From NCBI RefSeq assembly GCF_000315625.1, contig NW_005434628.1, forward strand, positions 371,846-435,845: DNA of 64,000 nucleotides, written 5' to 3'. The position numbers and the translations under genes are program-made. Each line of letters starts with the position of its first letter. Position 1 is the stretch's first letter. This DNA comes from Guillardia theta CCMP2712 (Eukaryota > Protista > Cryptophyta). Positions 51,070-60,226 of the stretch are shown here, one piece after another. Under the pieces are notes generated by a model. That model saw only the letters and a list, made by a program, of their open reading frames with translations. It was not told where the DNA came from and searched no databases.

Positions 51070-52843
51070 ATGGTCATTCGTGGATCAGCGCTGATGCTGA
51101 AACGAAGATCGTCGTTCGAGCATGCAGCCGACAAAACGATCGCTGACAAGTTCCTTGTGTCTGGGAAAGTTACAGCGCAGCTCCCGCCGGAGAACAAGAG
51201 GATCAAGGTCGGGGTCCTGGAGAAGGTGAGCAAGGTTGTTTGCATGCTCTTCATGACCTTGCTGGTGCGATGGTCAGTTCGCAACGTCTACCTCCAAGTG
51301 GCAGCAGCGACAGGCGAGCTGGGATGCTTGTCTGCTGACGTGTGGCTGATGTAGAGGGTCTCAGGTTGTGGTGACCAAGAAGCAGATCATAGTGTCCAAG
51401 TTGAACTCGGACGTCGTTCACGAGGTCATCCCGCTGCATGAGATCGAGAGCATCAACATCGTCAACAACACTCGAGACATACAGAGACGGTCTGCTGCTC
51501 GATAACTGCTGGAAGTCGACAGCTGACTTGTCCTCGTCGACAGGTCTTCCGTGTTCCACACTGCCACCCCGCACAGTAACTGAACCTCTGGCAAGCAACT
51601 GGACCCTGAGCATGCTCGCAGGTCACAAGGACGAGACGCACGAAGTCAACGTCAACGTCGAGACGTTTGCGTTCGAGATCATGACGTCTCAGGACGGATA
51701 CAACGCCGGACGCAGCTACTGCTTCCGCACCGACAGCTCTGAAGAGGAGCGTGACCTGTGGGTAGAGTTTCTAAGGAAGGCTTGCAAGATCGCTGTCGAC
51801 ATGGAGCGGAGGACCGACCCGAACCTCTCCAAGATCGTGTGGCTGCAGCTGATCCTGCGCGATATTCTCCAGTCCAAGGGTTCGCAGGCTCTTGTGTCCG
51901 CTGTCATCCTCACAAACTTCGTGATCAACATCTTGGCGGCAGAGTACCTGCCGGAGGACGGGACATACATGCTGAGCGTCTTCAAGAAGCTTGATATCTT
52001 CTTCACAGTGCTCTACACCTTCGAGTTCATCCTCCTCCTCTTTGCGTTCGGGAAATCTTTCTGGATGGACGGCTGGAGGATCTTCGACTTTCTGGTACCT
52101 GCCCTACCTCGCCCCTGCTGCGTTCCTCACCCTCACATCCCTTAGATCGTCGTCGTGAGCATCGCCGGCCTGACTATCGCGGAGAACGTTCCCAACCTTT
52201 GCTGTGCTCTGCCTTGCCGGCTGACTGTCCTCCCTAGAGCAAGTTCCAAGTCGTCCGCCTCATTCGAGTCTTTCGAGCCGTCAAAGCCCTTCAGATCTTC
52301 AGCTCTTTCCGGCAAATCATCAACGCCCTCACGTGCGTCCCTGCCGCGCCCCTCCTGCCACTCGCTCACCCTTCTCCTTTGCAGGAACTCCATCCTTCCC
52401 GTCTTCAGCTCCTTCATCGTCCTCGTCCTCGTCACCTGCATCTACGCCGTGATCGCAGTCAACCTGTTCAGCAGCAAGAACTTCATCTATTTCGGTAACT
52501 TCAAGAGAGCGCTCTTCACCATGTTCACGGTTCTGCCCTCTCCGTCTCCTCCCTCCGTCTCCTCAACTCCTCGCAGGTCTGTACGGGGGACGGATGGGCA
52601 GAGCTGACCCGGTCGCTGACTAACCCCGGGGAGTTTGACGGCTGGATTGCTTTCTTCTTCACCTCATACGTGATCATAGGTCCCTCTTCCCCACTCTCCT
52701 CGCTCCTCCTCCGTACTCTCCTTCCCTCCCCTTCCTCTCTCCTCCCTCTCTGGCTTCCTGCTTCTTCCTTCTCTCATTCTCCCTTACTACTCCCTTCTCT
52801 GTCTCTCTCGCTGCCCTCCTTACATCCATTTCTTCGTTTCACT

Positions 52844-52888
<45 letters not shown>

Positions 52889-53649
52889 CTTCTCTCCCTC
52901 TTTCCCTCTCTCTCTCCTTCTCTCCTACTCTCCCCACTCCTTCCCTCCCGCTGTTCTCTTCCCTTGCCACTTGCTACCTCCTCTCTCTCCCTCAATCTCT
53001 CACTGCTTCCCTCTTCACCCCTTCCTTCTTTTCTCCCTCCTCTGAGTCTTCCCGCAGGAGGCATCGTGCTTGTCAACGTAGTAGTCGCCGTCCTCCTCGG
53101 TACAGCTGAGCATCTGACTGCTCGACGCGGCTGAGCATGCTGGCAGATGAGTTCGTGGAGTCAGTGACGATGGAGAAGGAGCAAATGAAGAAGGCGGGAG
53201 TGAAGGAGCTCTCGTACATGGAGAGCTTTCACGTCGGGCCCCTCGACCCTCTCCTCGCCTCCCTCGTCCACTACAACACCAACGACGATCTCAGCGAGAG
53301 GATCGCGAAGCTCTTCGACTACCTCGACAAGGACGACAGCGGCTTCCTCTCCTTCAAGGAGCTCTCCACCGGCCTCCGGCACCTGGACAAGGATCATGCC
53401 ATGCACTTCTCCTACGAGGACTTCGATGAGATCACCGAACACTTCCTCTTCTGCAACGAGGAGGAGGAAATCTCTGCCGACAACTTTGAGCTTATCGTCC
53501 GCGCGCAGCTCAAAAGGTACGTTCAGCGACGGATGGCTGCTACCATGGTAGAGGCAGACTTGGACTCGTCCAAGGCCAGCCCCGTCCTCTTCGTCTTGAA
53601 GCAGCTCACCCTCAACATCGAGGAGGTGAAGTAGCAGCTGAACGCCTAA

Positions 53650-53694
<45 letters not shown>

Positions 53695-55395
53695 CTACAT
53701 CTGGCTCCTCTTTATCCTACTCCCTCCTCCGTCCTCCCTTATCCTCTTCCTCCTCTTCCTCCTCACTGCTCTTCCTTCAGATCAGCGACCACCAGAAGAA
53801 GATCGACAAGGAGCAGCAAAAGCTCAAAGAGTCGGTAAGACTGACCAGCTGCTGCACAACCGAGGATACCACCTTCCTCCCTCCTTCCCTCCATCACTCC
53901 CTCCCTCCCTCCCTCCCTCCCTCCCTCCCTCCCTCCCCTGTGACTCTGGGGCGTCAGGTCGCCAACATCAAGGATCAATTCCTCGTGAGGGGAGGGGTCA
54001 ACCACCTCGAAGTCCTCCAGAGGAACGTGTCTGACTGCGACAGGAAGCTTAACGCTGTTCTCAAGCTCCTCCTCTCTTCCTCCGACAAGTCGGCAGTGGG
54101 GGAGGAGGTTCTGAAGAAATTTTCCCTCGACAGCCTCCTCAGCCTCGTTCCTCAGCCTCCGACGCACGAGGAGAGCAGGAAACAAGTTCCCATCACCACC
54201 CTCCTTCCCGTCCAGTCCTCCGGCCTCTCCCCTCTCCGCAAGGAGCGAAAGGTTCGAAGCCAGCGCACGCCCAGCTCAGAGAAGAGTTTGCAGTCCCTGG
54301 AGGCGAGAAAGGAGGCGATGTCCAGCATCAGCATCTCCAGCGACTTCGTGCATCTGCTGCAGAACGAGGAGGAGGAGGAGGAGGGGAGGAGAAGGTCGAG
54401 GGAGATGCATGACGAGGAGGAAGGGGGACGGCAACAGTTTGTGACCCATCTGGACTCTTGCGGCCTCACCATGATCAAAGTTCCGCGCAACCTGATCAAC
54501 ACAAGACTACTGGGCGCCCCTGCAGACAGCAACGAGGTCTCTCCTCCTTCCTGCAACCTGCCTATTTCTTCCTCCTCCTTCTCTTGTCTCCTNNNNNNNN
54601 NNNNNNNNNNNNNNNNNNNNNNNNNNNNNNNNNNNNNNNNNNNNNNNNNNNNNNNNNNNNNNNNNNNNNNNNNNNNNNNNNNNNNNNNNNNNTTCTCCTC
54701 TCCTCTCCTTCTCCTTCTCCCTCCTCCTCCTCCTCCTCCTCCTCCTCCTCCTCCTCCTCCTCCTCCTCCTCCTCCTCCTCCTCCTCCTCCTCCTCCTCCT
54801 CCTCCTTTCCTCACGTATCCATTCCCAAGGAACCTGGTCATGAACGAGGCTGCTGCCTTCCTTCCCTCAACCGTCAAGGTCTTAGAATGAGCCCTTTGTC
54901 CCCCTGCCTCACTTTCTTACCAGTTGGATCCAGCAACGATCAGGATTCTTGATAAGGTGCCGCTACTGTTGCTTCCCCTCTTCCCGTTATGCTTCATCCC
55001 CCTCCCCTTCAACTCCTCTGCCTTTCCTTGTTCTTCTCTCTTCCTCGCTCGTCCACCTCCCCCCCCCACAAAAAAAACTCGAGCTCCCTTCCTCTTCTCC
55101 ACTGCTTCTTCCTTGTTTCTCCTCCTCTGCCTCCTCTTTTGTCTCCTCGGAGCTTCAACTCCTCCATCCCCTCACGACCTGCCTTCACCTCGCATGTCCT
55201 TCTAAATGCGTTTACCGTCCTTGCTCATGCTTCAACAGTCTGTCCTCTTCCCATCTCTTACCCTCCTTTCCTCCAATTTTCCTCACGCTCTCGTTCTGCT
55301 CTTTAGTTTCAGCAGCTGGACTAGGCTTGGAATCAAAGCACAATTCAAGGAAAAGCATATCAGGTGTCTCTTTTGCCCGAACACATCTCCGATGA
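51070..55395 (+). CDS. Single-domain (6TM) voltage-gated cation channel with N-terminal PH-like domain and C-terminal EF-hand (EukCat-like)
   Basis: PH-like FEIMT..GYNAGRSYCFRT...RDLWVEFL; S1-S3 including WRIFDFL; S4 RLIRVFRAVK; pore ALFTMFTVCTGDGWAE; S6 GIVLVNVVVAVLLDEF; EF loop DKDDSGFLSFKE; coiled tail. 3' end uncertain because of an assembly gap. Confidence 0.85.
54593..54692. other. Assembly gap (100 N)
   Basis: Run of n. Confidence 1.
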
Positions 55396-55562
55396 TAGTC
55401 ATACAAGAGATGGTTGAGTGTGCGTATTCAGCTAGAGGTAACATCCCCGTATTTTACTCACTCTATGTAAACAAAGGAAGCATACATGCCTTCATGTCGA
55501 TCGTATTACTCCCCTACATGCTCGTATCGCCGTCTATGGTACATTCAACCCTCCACTCGCAC

Positions 55563-55880
55563 TCATTCCCCCAGACGCTTCTCCCTCACCCCAGCGCTGA
55601 TCTCCGCCTCCCGCTGATGGCTCTCCTTGATATGCTTGGTCCGTCTGGGGCTGCTGGCTCTGACTCTGGTCAGCTCCTGCATCAGCTGCCACCCGTCCGA
55701 CCTCACTCTGATGGCCTTGCCCGCGCTCGCTGCCTCCTCCTCCAGCGTGCAGACGGGAGTATGGGCGTCAACGTAGGCTTGCTGGGATGGGGAGAGCTTG
55801 AGAGAGCGGGCAGCAGGGAGGGAGAGGGAGAGGTCAAGGAGGGAGATAGAGAAGGAGGGAGGAGGAGAGGAGCGTGTCAT
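55563..55880 (-). CDS. Unknown small protein, SQQAYVDAH family, diverged copy 5 (105 aa)
   Basis: PPSFSISLLDLSLS, LKLSPSQQAYVDAHTP and KAIRVRSDGWQLMQ align with the array copies. Confidence 0.7.
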   Translation of the reverse strand: MTRSSPPPSFSISLLDLSLSLPAARSLKLSPSQQAYVDAHTPVCTLEEEAASAGKAIRVRSDGWQLMQELTRVRASSPRRTKHIKESHQREAEISAGVREKRLGE

Positions 55881-56210
55881 TGCTGTGCAGGGTGTGCGTG
55901 GGAGGGAGGAGGGAGGGGAGGTTGAGCTGGTAGCGTGTCAGATGTTTATCAGGTGCCAAGTTGATCCCTCCAAGATACCGGGAGACGTATGTGGCTAGAT
56001 ACCGCAACGGTTCGTCGAAGTCCGAGAAACGAAACGTTGCGATCTGCCAATGTAGCTCTTTTATTACGACCTTTTAGACGAAACGGTGCTTGTTCACCAC
56101 CCAGACTCTTTGCTCCTTGCGCTAGCGGGCCTGTAAGCTCGAGCGAGGGGTCCGTGACCGTCTGACCGGCTAGACGCGACAGCAGTAAAGAATCTACCTG
56201 AAGGTGACTT

Positions 56211-56650
56211 ATCAGCTACTTTTACTCAAAGTTGAGTTAAAGTTCAGTACCAATTATTCCTCTACTCTCCTGCTTGTCCGCACACTGACTTTTAACTTAA
56301 CTCTGTTGAGTAAACGACTGATGTACCAGTCACATGGCTGTGAGCGACAGCCAGTAACTGACTCACTGATCTTTACTCAAAGTTAAGTGAAAAATCAGTA
56401 CGAGGACAATCAGGAGAGTCGAGGAGGCTTGACCCTGACACTGTCGCACAGGCCAAACGTCGCACAGGCCAAACGGCGAGAAGAGAAAAGACAGCGAGAA
56501 CCAAACACTAGTCAGTCTCGTTTAACTTTACTCAAAGTTAAGTTATACATCAGTACGAGGACAGCAGGAGAGCAGAGGAGGACTTGACCCTGACCGTCCC
56601 TGTCCGATCGCACAGGCAATACGGTGAGCAGAGAAAAGACAGCGAGACTG
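56211..56650. repeat. ~150-bp imperfect tandem repeat (TTTACTCAAAGT core) with an embedded inverted repeat
   Basis: Core at 56221, 56372 and 56527; inverted arms at 56211-56248 and 56284-56322. Confidence 0.8.
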
Positions 56651-57127
56651 TCTTCAACACGAATCTCATTTACAAGCCTCTTGTTGAGGGCGTCCTCCTC
56701 GCATCCTCCATCCCTTTCACGCTGAGTCTTCATCTGCTCTCCTGTTTCAGCAGCTGCAGTAGATTTGCAATCAAACACGCACATACATCGGACCACTCAG
56801 TACATGTACAGCCCAATCACTGCAGGGCCGACGACGACAAGATCGGGACAAAGAGAGCTCGACGCCAACCATCAGGCTGGAGCATGGCATGAGCCCTCTC
56901 TGCTCGACCCTTGAGCACTGAACATTCCCTCGCACTTCCCGTCATCAGCTCAACTATGTCTGGGGTGATACAAGAGATGGTTGTGTGCGTATTCAGCTAG
57001 AGGTAACATCCCCGTATTTTACTCACTCTATGTAAACAAAGGAAGCAGACATGCCTTCATGTCGATCGCATTACTCCCCTACATGCTCGTATCGCCGTCT
57101 ATGGTACATTCAACCCTCCACTCGCAC

Positions 57128-57484
57128 TCATTCCCCCAGACGCTTCTCCCTCACCCCAGCGCTGATCTCCGCCTCCCGCTGATGGCTCTCCTTGATATGC
57201 TTGGTCCGCCTGGGGCTGCTGGCTCTGACTCTGGTCAGCTCCTGCATCAGCTGCCACCCGTCCGACCTCACTCTGATGGCCTTGCCCGCGCTCGCTGCCT
57301 CCTCCTTCAGCCCGCGGACTGGACCCGCGCTCGCTGCCTCCTCCTCCAGCCTGCAGACGGGAGTATGGGCGTCAACGTAGGCCTGCTGGGATGGGGAGAG
57401 CTTAAGAGAGCGGGCAGCAGGGAGGGAGAGGGAGAGGTCAAGGAGGGAGATAGAGAAGGAGGGAGGAGGAGAGGAGCGTGTCAT
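57128..57484 (-). CDS. Unknown small protein, SQQAYVDAH family, diverged copy 6 (118 aa)
   Basis: Duplicate of 55563-55880 with a 13-aa internal repeat. Confidence 0.7.
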   Translation of the reverse strand: MTRSSPPPSFSISLLDLSLSLPAARSLKLSPSQQAYVDAHTPVCRLEEEAASAGPVRGLKEEAASAGKAIRVRSDGWQLMQELTRVRASSPRRTKHIKESHQREAEISAGVREKRLGE

Positions 57485-57789
57485 TGCTGTGCAGGAGGGA
57501 GGGTCGAAGGTGGCGCTGCTGTATAAAGAGCAAACAGGTCGGAACGGAACGCTGTGCTACGTCTCTGGCTCTTTATGACTCAACGAAACGGTGCATGTTG
57601 TGTAGTCACCAGTTTGCTCCTGACCCTCAGCCTGTAAGCTTCCATTCGATGGCCACGTGACAGCACCGGGGTGCTTTTGCCAAAGGTCGTGTCCTCGCAT
57701 CTTTTTGCGTAAAAGTCGGATATCACGGTCCGGGGGCCTGGTCATTTGTAGGGCCTGTGCGATTCATTGAATCTTATCCGAACAGCTGA

Positions 57790-58750
57790 GTGTTGTCGGA
57801 CGTCCGGGCCGGCGACGGTAAGTAGCACCCGGAGCTTCCGGCGACCGCCGCACGTCGGACCGTACTCTCCGAGTGACCCGGGCCGTCTGCCAACGTGTCA
57901 CGGACAGTCGGACCGTACTGAGTGACTCCGAGTGACGGACTGGCGGCGCGGCGCCCCTGCGGCTGAGGCGGTTAAACTTTGGCGGTAAAAAAAAGGGTCC
58001 GACACTGACTCGGTTACGGGCCCGGCGGCCTCCGAGTGGCCGCGTGACGGCCGGGCCGGGCGGCGCCGGACCGAGGTTGGCCGGATCCGATCATCCTGCC
58101 CGGTTCGGCCGGGCCCGGCGTCGCCGGAGTCGCCGTACGGTATGAAGGCAGGCAGTATCAGGTTCACGGGTGGCAGGAGCGGTCAGTACCGTACCGTACC
58201 GCACGCCGCCGTACGGTACGCCCGGCTGGGATGATTCAGTCTACACGGTCAACACCCGGGGGCCTGGCAGCCGGCCGCTCCCTTGGCCGGGGCCCGCCGG
58301 GGCCGGCCGCCCGCCCGGCGGTGCCCGCTCGCCCCCGGGCCGCCGCCCGACCCACTNNNNNNNNNNNNNNNNNNNNNNNNNNNNNNNNNNNNNNNNNNNN
58401 NNNNNNNNNNNNNNNNNNNNNNNNNNNNNNNNNNNNNNNNNNNNNNNNNNNNNNNNCGGCGCGGTAGGACGCCTTGGGGTGCAGGGCTGGTCGCCTAGGT
58501 AAGAGGTGTGGAGTTGGCAGCGTGGAGTGCGCGAGGGCGGGGTGGCTCTTCCCTGCTCCGCGTCCGAAAGGGAGCGTGGTCTCTGTCGAGAGCGCACGGC
58601 CCTAGGCCGTGTCTCGCTGGGCTGGCTCGGTCTGGCGGAAGGGGGGGGGGCCGCCGGCGCGGCGGGGGCCGGGGCCCGCACGCCCGCCGGCCCGCCGGCC
58701 CGGACTCACTGAGTGAGTCAGGGCCTCGCCGCAACTTGCCTGGCTGACGG
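57790..58750. promoter_or_regulatory. Large GC-rich CCGG/GTACGG/TGAGTC-word island (contains a 100-N gap at 58357-58456)
   Basis: Same vocabulary as the other islands; directly abuts the retrotransposon LTR. Confidence 0.4.
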
Positions 58751-58756
58751 ATCACA

Positions 58757-59145
58757 TGGATCTTATATAGAGCCCAGACTTGCCGAGCCCAAAAACTCAG
58801 AAATTGTAACTGTTCTGGAACGGTACGGTACTCCATTCCGACTATTCGATGGAATGACCAGAGGAAGCATCCTCGGGGCGGACAATACCCCTGGTTATCT
58901 GTATATAAGCATGGGGTCCTGTCTCCTTCTCTCTCTCTCTCTCTCTCTTTTTCCTTCTCTTCTCCCTCTTTCTTTTCTCCTCATTCTCTCTCTCTTCTCT
59001 CTTCCTTTCTCACCCTCTCTTAATCTTTTTCTTTCTCCTATCCTTTCAGTCTCTGTTATCTTCCTATCCTTGCTCTGCTTATAAATACTCTTATCTCAGA
59101 AGTCAATTACCTACCTGCTCTAACTTCGCTACTGCATACAATCCA
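58757..59145 (+). repeat. Putative 5' LTR
   Basis: Termini TGGAT...ATCCA, TATATAA near 58902, ends 2 nt before the PBS. Left boundary inferred; the 3' LTR is not in the window. Confidence 0.55.
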
Positions 59146-59483
59146 TCGGTTATGAGCCTCGATCTCTACTACGCCAGGGCTGACTTCCTTCTCCAATACA
59201 GCCGCACTCAGTCTTGGAATTCTTGTGCTTTGGTTCACTTACTGCACTTTTCGACTCATCTGTTCAATCTACACAACATTGTCTGACTGGAAAGGCCGAA
59301 TCTACAACATTGTATGCTTTCCATCACTACTGAACCTGTTCAACAGAAACAAACTGGCAAACCAAATCCCCCAATGTTGCTCCTAACATTCTGTTTGCAC
59401 ATGATACCCCAACAACTTCTGGGGCCGCCAAATATTCTTCGAAGGTTCTTCGACGAACAACACCAGTCTATCGTCCGAACCCA

Positions 59484-60226
59484 ATGAGTGTGACAACTGT
59501 GAACTCTCCCACCAGTACCCCGGCACAAGTTACGATTATTTCCTCGCCATCCAGCATAGAGTTTCCACCGCTTCCACGTAGCACTGACTATGACGCACTG
59601 GACAGTTGGAAACAAGGGGTAGAGAGAATCTTCCGACGTCATTCCATCCCGATGTCCGACTGGCTTCCCATCCTAGCGGACGATCCTCGCACTGATGAGC
59701 GACTGGTAAGTATCATTCGCAATGTGCAATTTGACGTAGGACCTGGAGCTTCACCCTCACAGTACTGGGAAGGTGTCATCTCTAGAGTTTTTCGTTGCAC
59801 TAAATGCCCACGACCATGGGACCGGCCCGGAGTTCTCAACACTACAGAAGACCCTTATTACGCTGAAACAGAGCAGCTCTCTTGAGCTATACCTACTTGA
59901 GTTTGAGAATCGCTGGCGAGAACTCGCAGTATGGGCATGTGACTTTAATCTAGAAGATGGACTACCAACCCAGGATAACTTGATTACTCTACTCATTCAA
60001 GGACTGGACTCGAGGTGTAGTTCAGCAGTGGCTGGCAGAACTGATGAGATTGTGAATGCCGAGACACTCACTGATGGCAATGGATTTGATTGCAGACATC
60101 TGTTCTGAATACAAGGTGGCTGGACTTGATGAGGAATCGTTCGCTCGGCTGAATAATCGTACCAAACGGACATACGGTCAGGGACTCAGGAGTGACACTC
60201 GCTTCGGGTCGAGACACCAACCGTAA
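59484..60226 (+). pseudogene. gag: Frameshifted gag (capsid-like)
   Basis: LITLKQSSSLELYLLEFENRWREL...LLIQGLD resembles the retrotransposon gag core; split across overlapping ORFs 59484-59885 and 59773-60108. Confidence 0.6.

Larger units (their letters stand above)
55401..57495. repeat. Direct duplication of ~0.5 kb (55401-55891 and 56968-57495)
   Basis: Near-identical from atacaagagatggttg to tcattgctgtgcagg; the second copy carries an in-frame 39-nt internal duplication. Confidence 0.95.

Noticed and set aside
56211-56650. CRISPR-like repeat-spacer array
   Set aside because: Only three degenerate units, the inter-repeat sequences are homologous to each other, no cas genes, and the context is eukaryotic.
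55401-57495. Direct repeats as LTRs of a small retroelement
   Set aside because: No TG..CA termini, PBS or polypurine tract; each repeat simply contains a small-gene copy.
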